This document shows positions 1 through 44,951 of a DNA stretch of 64,000 nucleotides, piece after piece. The notes under the pieces are model-generated. The model had not been told where the DNA came from, searched no databases, and saw only the letters and a program-made list of their open reading frames with translations. This DNA comes from Macrostomum lignano. Its lineage: Eukaryota. The stretch spans positions 1 to 64,000 of the forward strand of contig NIVC01000264.1 of NCBI GenBank assembly GCA_002269645.1, read 5' to 3'. Each line of letters begins with the position of its first letter. The first letter of the stretch is position 1. A program made the position numbers and the translations under genes.

Positions 1-222
1 ATTTTCTAAATAAATGACTAAAATTCTGAGAATTGGACAAGCAATTACATGCGGCAATGTGGCTTCTTTTCACGTCACTGAATACTCGAAATGTTTGCGA
101 CAAGGACTACTAGAAGTACTTAGGTTCACTATTTTAACTTCAATTTCGTGTCTTAAAGCTAGATAGTCAGTCTGCTGCCTTTTGGACCATTTCTCACCTT
201 TCGAACATCCAAATACCACTTT

Positions 223-690
223 GAGCTGCCACCTCAGACCAAATACCACTTTGAGATGCCACCTCAGACAAAATCCCAACCTTGAGATGCCACCTCAGAC
301 CAAATACCACTTTGAGATGCCACCTCAGACAAAATACCACCTTGAGATGCCACCTCAGACAAAATCCCACTTTGAGATGCCACCTCAGACAAAATACCAA
401 CTTGAGATGCCACCTCAGACCAAATCCCACTTTGAGATGCCACCTCAGACAAAATACCAACTTGAGATGCCACCTCAGACCAAATCCCACTTTGAGATGC
501 CACCTCAGACAAAATACCAACTTGAGATGCCACCTCAGACCAAATCCCACTTTGAGATGCCACCTCAGACAAAATACCAACTTGAGATGCCACCTCAGAC
601 CAAATACCACCTTGAGATGCCACCTCAGACCAAATGCCACTTGAGATACCACCCCAAACCTAGTACCACACTGAGATACCACCTCAGACC
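223..690. repeat. 30-bp minisatellite (TTGAGATGCCACCTCAGAC.AAAT.CCA..)
   Basis: About 15 tandem copies; source of the spurious MPPQTK ORFs. Confidence 0.95.
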
Positions 691-1106
691 AAACGCATAC
701 CAGCTTCAAAAATATTCGAAAATCATAAAGGCGAAAATATAGACAATTTAGAGGCTGAAAACTTAAAAGTAATTATTTCGTTAAATGAAATAAACAATCG
801 TTATGTTCAATCCCATGTGCAGTCAAAATGTAGCTGTTCGATTTTGGAAAAACAAAATTGAAATACGCGTTTATGCTTGAGTCATTTTTTTTAAACTGCA
901 TAAGCACTGCTCGCAATCAGTTTGATTAATCCAATTTGGCGGCAATTTTTTATGAAGGAAACACAATTTTTATCATTTTAATTGTTATCGTTCTATTTTT
1001 GTTTTTGATTGAAATCTGCTGCAGTTGCCGCCGTCTGAGTAAAGCATTAGAAAGCAGGCTTCATCTCTTTCCTCCGACTGGCTTCAACCGACTGACTGTG
1101 TGGAAT

Positions 1107-1880
1107 TGCAGTCACATCTGTAGCAAGTGTAGCATTTCAGTGACATCTGTAGCAAGTGTAGCATTGCAGTGACATCTGTAGCAAGTGTAGCATTGCAGTG
1201 ACATCTGTAGCAAGTGTAGCATTGCAGTGACATCTGTAGCAAGTGTAGCATTGCAGTGACATCTGTAGCATTGCAGTGACATCTGTAGCAAGTGTAGCAT
1301 TGCAGTGACATCTGTAGCAAGTGTAGCATTGCAGTGACATCTGTAGCATTGCAGTGACATCTGTAGCAAGTGTAGCATTGCAGTGACATCTGTAGCAAGT
1401 GTAGCATTGCAGTGACATCTGTAGCAAGTGTAGCATTGCAGTGACATCTGTAGCATTGCAGTGACATCTGTAGCATTGCAGTGACATCTGTAGCATTGCA
1501 GTGACATCTGTAGCATTGCAGTGACATCTGTAGCATTGCAGTGACATCTGTAGCAAGTGTAGCATTGCAGTGACATCTGTAGCATTGCAGTGACATCTGT
1601 AGCATTGCAGTGACATCTGTAGCAAGTGTAGCATTGCAGTGACATCTGTAGCATTGCAGTGACATCTGTAGCATTGCAGTGACATCTGTAGCATTGCAGT
1701 GACATCTGTAGCATTGCAGTGACATCTGTAGCATTGCAGTGACATCTGTAGCAAGTGTAGCATTGCAGTGACATCTGTAGCATTGCAGTGACATCTGTAG
1801 CATTGCAGTGACATCTGTAGCATTGCAGTGACATCTGTAGCATTGCAGTGACATCTGTAGCATTGCAGTGACATCTGTAG
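1107..1880. repeat. 20/29-bp minisatellite (TTGCAGTGACATCTGTAGCA +/- AGTGTAGCA)
   Basis: Interspersed 20- and 29-bp unit variants. Confidence 0.95.
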
Positions 1881-2246
1881 CTCTAAGAAACGTTGACCAC
1901 TGGCTACGGGTCAAGGTAGCGGAGATCCAGGGAGCCTTCTTCCCGTCCCGCGCTCACAACACATTCGTAGTGTGGAATCACAGAGAAGACATCTGTCACG
2001 CGGATGGTCAGCAGGTCTAGTCTCAGCATTCTTATCGAAAAAGATACCCAAAATTACGTTGAGCTGTACGTAATTTATTGCACATTTGGCTAAAGCGAGT
2101 TTAACGACCTAAATAATAACTCTCTCTCTTCTACTAATAAGCTATGAACAGCATCAATGCTGAAAGCATCAGGCATGTCTAGATGCTGGTGGGGATACTT
2201 TTTCATCTAGTGAATAGTAATTTATCCGTCCATCATCCATTGGCCT

Positions 2247-4184
2247 TCAGTCCTTCAGCCACCGAGTCCACTGGAGGGGATTCAGCACCTTCGAAGTGGT
2301 GGCAGCGGTGGGATCGCCTGTCAGAGCCTCTTCGCCACCAATCAGCTGGTCCAGGTCGTTAGAGCTGTGCATTACATAGACTGGGGAAATGTGAAACAGT
2401 TTGTAACGTACGATAAGAAGACAAGTTATCATTGTTATAGCAGCATCTCATGCAACAGCCATCTGCTTACACTCTCTGCTATTTCCAATAACAGTTTCGA
2501 AAGCGCCCTTCACATCAGGTCCCTGCTGTTGCAGCTGTTGAACCGATTTAAGAAATCGTTTCCTAGCGTCCTCCTGTGCCAGTCCTTGATAGTTGACTGC
2601 GAGCACTTTGTAGAAATCTGCAGTCAGTTCGGGTGGCATTTCGTCGGTTAACAATGCATTTTATATATAAATTTAAAAGTTATTGCGCAGCGCATCTGAA
2701 GGCTGCGTACAGCTGTTCAGTCCAAGGACTGGGGGGGGGGTCGCCACACACCCTCAATTACCCCAGCTAATGTTGGCACCCATTTTACAGCTGGGTGAAC
2801 TGAAGCAATGCAGAGTTGAGTGTCTTGCTCAAGGACACAAATTGTTCCTAGTGGGTCGAGATTCGAACCCCTGACCTTCAAGTCGTGAGTCCGACACTCT
2901 AACCACTAGGCTGCAACCCCCTCACTTGGCAACAACCCCTTCACTAGCTAAAACCCCTCACTAGGCTAAATATAAAAAATGATATAAACAAATCAGAACA
3001 CACCTTGATCGTTCCACACGGACTTTATGTCACCTAGCAACGACTTGGCAACGCAGTTGTCTTGCTTTTCGAAAGCCGGCAACGCGAGCTTAAGAAATTT
3101 GTTGTTCCAATCTTGGTCGAGTGTCAGGGCGTCTCGAATAGCCTTTCTCGCCGTCAGGGAATCTGAAACGATTTCATTCAGTGAAACTCGACGCAGGGAT
3201 TTGCGTTTTGCTGCTTCGAAAAAAAATGAATTTTGAATCAAAGACCGATAAACAGAAATATGAGAAATTCAAAAACGCATTAAAGAAAAGAGACAGTAAA
3301 TGGACCCAAAATTAGTTGAAGGTGCTCAGCTTGCTATAGCAAAAATTTCCTAACAGAATCAACCCCCTCCTGCAGTGGGTCATTGTGGAGACGCGGTTGC
3401 TTTGATCAAGCGGCCACAATGAAGCCCCATGCCGATTTTCGAGCTCAAACGTCAAATTTATTTGACCGCGTACGAAATCGAACCCCAGGTACTTTGGAAA
3501 AACTGCTTCCAAAGTTTTCATATCAAGCTTTGCAACTTTCACAAGCATTGCGAAGTTTGTTTAGAATCGCTAAGATAGCTCGTATCAAGGCTCATGGAGG
3601 GTTATTGATGGAATTCTGTGACACAGGGGAAAGTACTGAGATGTCAAGGTTTATTTGAAACTTGCTGGGATTGTCATGGCTCACGGGGGGGGTTGCTGAG
3701 ATGCGAAGGGTCAATTGGGAGTTGTTGGTAGGTCAAGCATCAAAAGGGAGAGTTATTGGTAAAACATGGCTTAAAGGGAGGCTTTGATGTCAAGGATCAT
3801 AGAGAATCTGATAGGCTTAGATAGCTGGCTTTCAGGGCTGATGCTTTTATGCTTTTAACATCATTTTTCTTGAGAAACTAACAACAGATTGTACTTTTAT
3901 TTTATTCAAAATATTTTATTCCTTTCTTTTTTGCCTCCCCGTTTGGGGGGGCGCAGATGGCTAGTCGACTATACTAAAAATGAGAGCTCCTCACCGTACT
4001 CCCAGATGTGAAACACTTGGTTCAGAGAGCCCAGCTCGGCAGACCAGTAGCCAACGATGCGCGAGTGTCGGACGCGAACTCGGAACACCTCCTGGACCAG
4101 ACTGCGCATCCTCGGCAGATCCTGAGCAGCGATCCGGTACGTGCGCAGCTCGTACAGCTTCCCGATGCTGCCTGTGAGCTTCAT
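2247..4184 (-). CDS. NIPSNAP: NipSnap-family protein (NIPSNAP3-like, ~209 aa), 4 coding exons
   Basis: Exons 4184-3995, 3162-3004, 2617-2471, 2380-2247 join in frame at GT-AG boundaries (630 nt). Protein: MKLTGSIGKLYELRTYRIA...IVGYWSAELGSLNQVFHIWEY/DSLTARKAIRDALTLDQDWNNKFL...GAFETVIGNSREFYVMH...SKVLNPLQW. YELRTY and GYW.xELG.LNQVFHIWEY are NipSnap signatures. An acceptor AG at 4188-4187 suggests a further upstream exon. Confidence 0.88.
2680..2920 (-). mobile_element. tRNA-derived SINE with CORE/V/Meta-like central domain, in a NipSnap intron
   Basis: The minus strand reads GGGGTTGCAGCCTAGTGGTTAGAG (Pol III A box)...GGGGTTCGAATCTC (B box), then GTGTCCTTGAGCAAGACACTCAACTCT...CAGCTGTAAAATGGGT, which resembles the conserved central domain of CORE/V/Meta-type SINEs. 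There is no acceptor-stem 3' half. Confidence 0.8.
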
Positions 4185-5421
4185 CGCTAAATGATTTTTC
4201 AGCAAAACAAACTGCTGTCAAGTAAAGCATTTCTCGCTTCTATTAGCCTAATAAACAGTAATGCGCAGAAAGAGTGACTTGGCATGCAGGCCAACTGCTT
4301 GTTTGCCTGGCCAGCCACAGTGCTACAGCCCTTGGAGCGCTGCTAAGACAGATAAGACCGAATAAATCGCCGGAAATCAGAACGAGCTGCATGCTATAGT
4401 GGATAGTAGTAGTTCAAGTGTGTGACAGCACTGCCAGGGCGATCTAGATTTAGAATCTGGGTTGGCGTTAGACAGGCAGTGGCTGTAGCCTACGAGCTCG
4501 AATTTTACATTTTCTGGATTTGTCCCAAGTCAAAGCTGCTGCAGACTTGGCGATCAACTGCAATCAGACTCACAAATGACAAATTGACAATGGAAAACAC
4601 GTCGAATTGAAGCTTTAAAACTATTCCCGTCCAGATGCTTATATCCAAGGTGTCCCCGGCCAGACCGGCCCTCGGAGCCTTCAAGCTGCCCGTGTTCAGA
4701 GATATGGTTTAGCGAGCGCTTATCAGGGCTGTTTGGTGTGCCATGGGCTTTTTCAACTATCAACCGCTCAGTCGGGACACAAACAGTACGGTTAGTGACA
4801 GAAATTGCTCTGCAGATTCAACCCAAGCACTACCTTTCAAATTAAAGCCTTTAAAAATACAACTAAAGCTGAGTCTGGCCTTAGATCAGCATTGCTCCCG
4901 CCAGTTGCATTGAAATATGATGGAGCAGGAAAATTAGGCAGCTGGAGAAAATGGTGGAGTGACTATGAATGAGTGACGAAAAGCAGTCAGCCATCTATTT
5001 CAGTGCTTTCACCGGGGAGAGGCTGAATTCGCTGACAAAAAGCAGGCAGGGACTCGGTGTGGCTAAAAGCAGACAAGAGTGACGATCAGAATGGATTGCG
5101 GGACCTGATCATGCCAGACTCGCGCCATTCTTCATCTCTTCTATCTCTCCCCTTGCGTTTCCCAAAAAGCTCCCCTCCAATCCAATCCGCGCCCTGCACC
5201 GCTGCAGCAGCCTCCACCCCCCTACTTACTCAGTGGCGCGCATTTTAAACAGCTGAGGAGGCAGCTCCGCCTCCCGTCCCATCCGCCGCCTTCTCCCCAT
5301 ACACTCGGCTCTCGCCGCTCTGCTCTCCCATAGCTATCTCTAAATCCTAAACAGCAACAAACCAAGCCCGTCCTTTGTTTGGAGAAGCCAACGCAACGTT
5401 TTACTAAGGCGGAAGTGTGTC

Positions 5422-28755
<23,334 letters not shown>

Positions 28756-28861
28756 TGAAGCTGGAGAGAAGCTGCGCCGCATGAAGTCGGGCTTGAGTGG
28801 AACATTTTTAGTAGAAATTTTAGTACACTTAATAAATTTATGAATGAACATTATCACGAAC

Positions 28862-29292
28862 CACCCAATCTAGATAATAAACTACCCTGTCTAGATCATA
28901 AACTATCCAATCTAGATCATAAACTATCCAATCTAGATAATAAACTACCCTATCTAGATCATAAACTACCCAATCTAGATCATAAACTACCCAAACTAGA
29001 TCATAAACTACCCAATCTAGATCATAAACTACCCAAACTAGATCATAAACTACCCAATCTAGATCATAAACTACCCAATCTAGATCATAAACTACCCAAT
29101 CTAGATCATAAACTACCCAATCTAGATCATAAACTACCCAAACTAGATCATAAACTACCCAAACTAGATCATAAACTACCCAATCTAGATCATAAACTAC
29201 CCTATCTAGATCATAAACTACCCAAACTAGATCATAAACTACCCAATCTAGATCATAAACTACCCAATCTAGATCATAAACTACCCTGTCTA
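28862..29292. repeat. 21-bp minisatellite (TCTAGATCATAAACTACCCAA)
   Basis: About 20 copies downstream of the PLC-beta stop. Confidence 0.93.
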
Positions 29293-29893
29293 GACTACAC
29301 AATAAAAAATATAGATGATTGAATGCCCTATTTTGTCAATAAACTCCCCAATACGATAGCAATTGCCACGACTATATGATAAACTTCTGATGATAGAGGA
29401 TAACACAATAATTTAGATGATATGCTCACCAACTCTGTTTTACTTTCGCCAGAAATCTATTTAATTCCCATACCTGCGACCTAATAAATGTACTTTTGTG
29501 TTATTGCGAATAGCAGCGAAATATTTTGTCTCTGACAGACAGTTTTAGTGCAATATCGCCTGTCTAAGCTTATTGTATAAACGCTACTTCCAGTAGCGAG
29601 GACGGACATTCCGATTATTCGGTGATATCAAGGAAAAAAACAGTTTAAACGCGTTCTTTGCTCTCTAATTAAAGCAATATAAATCAGCCTAAGCGCATGG
29701 AGAAGCCTGTATTTATCTGATGATGAAGCAACATTTGTGACAAATAGAGAAAATGCACTTTTAGCTAGCGAAATTATACACATACGAAAGAGTATGCGAT
29801 GCCATATATAATTCTATTTGCTTCAGTATATGTCTTTACTGTTCATGCTTAGTCATTTTCATAAATATGGAATATTGATAACTATTTCAACCA

Positions 29894-40347
<10,454 letters not shown>

Positions 40348-40769
40348 GACGGCCCCGGTTAGAGGGGAGTGCAGAGAGGGGCAGACAGACAGGCAACTCC
40401 TGCGGTGGGGAGCGAGAGGAATAGAGCGTAGGTTTTATAGTTTACTGCTAATGCTCGATCCCATAGGCGACTAGGATAGAATAGGAACACATGACAGAAA
40501 TCTGTTTGTCAGTTATGCCGCAGACTGCTGGGAGGCATTTGTATTTAAATTATTGCAGCACCGCATATAATCAGCAATATTGGTCCGCCTGTCCTATAGT
40601 ATGAACTTTTATTTGACAGATTAGCTGATCTTATTAATCCATCATACTGAACACTTGACTCCTGTACACACAATTGGACCATACCTATTCCTGTGCATAC
40701 TGTAAACACAGTTATTGGTTTGTAGATGCTTGATTTTCAGGTGTTAAAAAACTTAACAGCTCGGGCTTT

Positions 40770-41400
40770 TAAATCTACTGCTCAGGCCTTTAAATCCATT
40801 GTTTAGGCCCCTGAATCTACTGCATAGGCCTCTAAATCTACTGCTTAGGCCTCTCTAAATCTACTGCTCAGGCCTCTTTAAATCTACTGCTCAGACTTCT
40901 CTAAAATCTACTGCTCAGGCCTCTCTAAATCTACTGCTCAGGCCTCTTTAAATCTACTGCTCAGACTTCTCTAAAATCTACTGCTCAGGCCTCTCTAAAT
41001 CTACTGCTCATGCCTCTCTAAATCTACTGCTCAGGCCTCTCTAAATCTACTGCTCAGGCCTCTCTAAATCTACTGCTCAGGCCTCTCTAAATCTACTGCT
41101 CAGGCCTCTCTAAATCTACTGCTCAGGCCTCTCTAAATCTACTGCTCAGGCCTCTCTAAATCTACTGCTCAGGCCTCTCTAAATCTACTGCTCAGGCCTC
41201 TCTAAATCTACTGCTCAGGCCTCTCTAAATCTACTGCTCAGGCCTCTCTAAATCTACTGCTCAGGCCTCTCTAAATCTACTGCTTAGGCCTCTCTAAATC
41301 TACTGCTCAGGCCTCTCTAAATCTACTGCTTAGGCCTCTCTAAATCTACTGCTCAGGCCTCTCTAAATCTACTGCTCAGGCCTCTCTAAATCTACTACTT
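40770..41400. repeat. 23-bp minisatellite (CTAAATCTACTGCTCAGGCCTCT)
   Basis: About 27 copies. Confidence 0.93.
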
Positions 41401-41871
41401 AGGCGCCAAACTCAAACTCTCCAAGACTATTTTATCCAATGAAAATTTTTTACCAATTCTATGAAAAGAAATAGAATTTAAATTTGCAAAAAATGCGCAA
41501 AAGTTTCCTATAACCAAGCCCAGTAGATCAAAGCGGCGGATCAGCGTTTCCACGAAATCTAATATATCAGTTTCGAATTCTGTATTCGACCCACCGGACT
41601 TTAAAAACATCTGTCACTGACTGGCCAGGGGCTATTCCGCATTCCAGTTTAGGGGCGCAATAGAACCAGCGTCCACGTATCTTGGGGAAGCATTAATCCC
41701 ATGCCTGAACTTCCATCGCCTCTATTCCGCAGAGGGGGCGTTCTCCCAAAGGCTTTTTGTTGCAAAACGTGCTGTGCCATTTTTTATTTCAACACCGAAC
41801 TCCATGCACCAGGCAGTGGATCATGCCGCTTGAAACTTTGTTGTTGTCTGTCGGAAATTCTCTAACTATTA

Positions 41872-42430
41872 CGACTGGAGAGATCCCCTCCGATCCGTCA
41901 GTGGGTTTGAGAGATCCGCTCCGATTCTTCATTGGGTTTGAGAGATCCCCTCCGATCCTTCAGTGGGTTGGAGAGATCCCCTCCGATCCGTCAGTGGGTT
42001 GGAGAGATCCCCTCCGATCCGTCAGTGGGTTGGAGAGATCCCCTCCGATTCTTCAGTGGGCTGGAGAGATCCCCTCCGATCCGTCAGTGGACTGGAGAGA
42101 TCCCCTCCGATCCGTCAGTGGGTTGGAGAGATCCCCTCCGATTCTTCAGTGGGCTGGAGAGATCCCCTCCGATCCGTCAGTGGACTGGAGAGATCCCCTC
42201 CGATCCGTCAGTGGGTTGGAGAGATCCCCTCCGATCCGTCAGTGGACTGGAGAGATCCCCTCCGATCCGTCAGTGGGTTGGAGAGATCCCCTCCGATTCT
42301 TCAGTGGGCTGGAGAGATCCCCTCCGATCCGTCAGTGGACTGGAGAGATCCCCTCCGATCCGTCAGTGGGTTGGAGAGATCCCCTCCGATCCGTCAGTGG
42401 ACTGGAGAGATCCCCTCCGATCCTTCAGTG
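41872..42430. repeat. 31-bp minisatellite (TGGAGAGATCCCCTCCGATCCGTCAGTGGGT)
   Basis: About 18 head-to-tail copies, no spacers. Confidence 0.93.
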
Positions 42431-43625
42431 GCTTCGTCGCACTGGCGCTAACCCCACAATACTTCAGTAGAAAGTAGGTCACGCTGCAACATGCCACTCA
42501 TAAAGAATATCCTTGATCTGCATAAACCTGGTAAAATTATTATAAATTTTTAGCCAGTATAAACACACTTTAAATTGCTTACCGTGCAGATAAAGTATAA
42601 AGTGGATGGCTGATTTCCTTACTTTACTCTGGCATTGCTTGAATTAAGCAGCAAAATGCATTTTAGCCCAGTTCCATGACTACAGAGGCTCACTTAATCT
42701 ACAGGAATAAATAGAGGCAGTCTTCACTGTATCTCTGATTTGATTTTGCGGTTCAATGGGCTTTGGGCTTCTTCTTCCAACTGCTTTTGCTGCCACGCTT
42801 ATGATGCTCGGCATCGTATTTTGTATCGGATAGAAAGTGCAGTACACGGACTCGGGCCAGTTCTGGACCAATGGGAAAGCAAGGGCCTGTATTATTGGAC
42901 CAAAAACAAACTTCTTTCCAAAGCGTACAAGCTCTCTTCTCTCTTTCAAAGCAGAATGTAGGAATTCCATTCTAGGAAAGGGAAGCTTAAATATTTGAAG
43001 AACTGAGTGGAACACGCGCTCGTAATGGCCTAATCCACGAGGCACGAGCCAATGCAACATTACTCTCTTGGGGCCCGTGCTATAAAACTAGAAGTTCAGG
43101 GACCGATTGACACTCCTAAATCAATCAAAAGTTGATTTTTTTTTAATTTCTAATCTGGGTGACCAGTTTTTTATCTAATCTGAATGCCGCTTCCTCATCC
43201 TCTTCAATGTTGATGAGTATATATACTTTATTTTACATAGACTTATTTAAACAATATGGGCCAAAGTAACAGTACTTGTTTGTCATTGGTATAGCTTTAC
43301 AATATTAGTGTTACAATTTGTTAAAAAGTAGCTATTGTTATTTCATAGGCGTCTTAGGACAGACTTGAGGTCCTTATTTATATTCTTGCTCCACCCTAGC
43401 TTTATAGCACGGCCCCTGAGGTGTGCAGTGGGTGACTTGTGAATATCAATATCACTTGTGAAAAACCAACTATGGACAGGGTAATAAAAGTAACCCCCCC
43501 CCCCGAGGTTGGGGTGGGGTTGGGCCCCGCACCCACCACCCCATGGCACCCCCTCTCAGTTGGGGCAGAACAAGCGTGCACAAGTTAAACCATCCAATAA
43601 GCCTAAATTCAGGGTTAGGAAGTTT

Positions 43626-43767
43626 ATGACTCATCTAAGTAAACCAGTTGCCTAGAACGCATTTGATTGGCTGGCAGATATATGCTCTCACAAACAAGAA
43701 ATTGACCAAGCTTACGATTAAAACCAATCGTCATTTTCCTTCACCCATTCCGTCCGACGCATATAAG
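43626..43767 (+). promoter_or_regulatory. Compact candidate Pol II promoter of the secreted repeat-protein gene
   Basis: ATGACTCAT (AP-1-type) at 43626-43634, TGATTGGCT (inverted CCAAT) at 43664-43672, ACCAAT at ~43724, and TATAAG at 43762-43767, about 45 bp before the ATG at 43811. Confidence 0.5.
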
Positions 43768-43810
43768 TAAGCCCGGATAAAGTAAACTAAATAAAGTAAA
43801 CTAGCCAGCC

Positions 43811-44908
43811 ATGTCCCGATTCAGTCTGTACTGTTTGTGCATTTTCTTTGTCTCAGCGGCTCTGTTTGCTGCTGCCTACGGCGGTGGCGACCAACAAGGA
43901 AAGGAGCGCAACAAAGATGTCCAGCGTTTCAATTACAACTACGGCGGCAGGCGTGGCGTCGCAGGCCGAGAGTATGCTCGCTACTATAAGTACGACAAGC
44001 ATGCCCACAAAGACGAGCGTGGCTATTACGCCAAAAAGGCTGTAGAACACGACAAGCAGAACAAGAACAAGTACAATCGGTACCGTCCGTACAGAAAGTA
44101 CAGACAAGACAAGTACAGAAAGTACAGACAAGACAAGTATAGAAAGTACAGGCAAGACAAGTACAGAAAGTACAGACAAGACAAGTACAGAAAGTACAGA
44201 CAAGACAAGTATAGAAAGTACAGGCAAGACAAGTACAGAAAGTACAGACAAGACAAGTACAGAAAGTACAGACAAGACAAGTACAGAAAGTACAGACAAG
44301 ACAAGTACAGAAAGTACAGGCAAGACAAGTACAGAAAGTACAGGCAAGACAAGTACAGAAAGTACAGGCAAGACAAGTACAGAAAGTACAGGCAAGACAA
44401 GTACAGAAAGTACAGGCAGAACAAGTATCAAAAGTATGGAAAATTTAGAAAACATCACACTAATAAGAGGCGAGCTAACAAGAAGATCGGCAAACTTGAT
44501 GATAAGACTAAGAAAACTAAGAAGCCTGACCAGAAGCCGGACAAGCCCGACCAGAAGCCGGACAAACCCGACCAGAAGCCGGACAAGCCCGACCAGAAGC
44601 CGGACAAGCCCGACCAGAAGCCGGACAAGCCCGACCAGAAGCCGGACAAACCCGACCAGAAGCCGGACAAGCCCGACCAGAAGCCGGACAAGCCCGACCA
44701 GAAGCCGGACAAACCCGACCAGAAGCCGGACAAGCCCGACCAGAAGCCGGACAAGCCCGACCAGAAGCCGGACAAGCCCGACCAGAAGCCAGACAAACCC
44801 GACCAGAAGCCGGACAAGCCCGACCAGAAGCCGGACAAGCCCGATCAGAAGCCGGACAAGCCTGACCAGACGTCGGAAACGCCTCACCAGAAGTCAATCG
44901 AAGTCTAA
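43811..44908 (+). CDS. Intronless secreted low-complexity protein (365 aa): signal peptide, Tyr/Lys/Arg-rich region with (YRKYRQDK)x14, then (KPDQKPD)x16
   Basis: Single ORF with an ATG and an N-terminal hydrophobic signal peptide (MSRFSLYCLCIFFVSAALFAAAYG). Unique non-repeat N-terminal, linker and C-terminal segments. Repeat units of 24 and 21 nt keep frame, and unit variants are synonymous apart from the terminal QDK-to-QNK unit. Upstream TATA; AATAAA at 44946-44951. Confidence 0.85.
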   Translation: MSRFSLYCLCIFFVSAALFAAAYGGGDQQGKERNKDVQRFNYNYGGRRGVAGREYARYYKYDKHAHKDERGYYAKKAVEHDKQNKNKYNRYRPYRKYRQDKYRKYRQDKYRKYRQDKYRKYRQDKYRKYRQDKYRKYRQDKYRKYRQDKYRKYRQDKYRKYRQDKYRKYRQDKYRKYRQDKYRKYRQDKYRKYRQDKYRKYRQNKYQKYGKFRKHHTNKRRANKKIGKLDDKTKKTKKPDQKPDKPDQKPDKPDQKPDKPDQKPDKPDQKPDKPDQKPDKPDQKPDKPDQKPDKPDQKPDKPDQKPDKPDQKPDKPDQKPDKPDQKPDKPDQKPDKPDQKPDKPDQKPDKPDQTSETPHQKSIEV

Positions 44909-44945
44909 TGAGAAGCTGAATGAGTCTGCTCACTTGATAAAAATG

Positions 44946-44951
44946 AATAAA
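44946..44951 (+). terminator. Polyadenylation signal AATAAA of the secreted repeat-protein gene
   Basis: AATAAA 38 nt after the TAA stop, followed by T-rich sequence. Confidence 0.55.

Noticed and set aside
2845-2920. tRNA gene
   Set aside because: A and B boxes are present, but the acceptor stem is not completed and the sequence runs into a SINE body.
41872-42430. CRISPR-like array (31-bp unit with internal GATC symmetry)
   Set aside because: The units are head-to-tail with no unique spacers, there are no cas genes, and the context is eukaryotic. The same applies to all other arrays.
42660-43060. 126-aa minus-strand ORF as a gene
   Set aside because: There is no recognisable domain, codon bias or splice context.
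43853-44887. 344-aa hydrophobic antisense ORF as a membrane protein
   Set aside because: It is the mirror of the + strand gene. Synonymous variation, signal peptide, TATA and polyA signal all favour the + frame.
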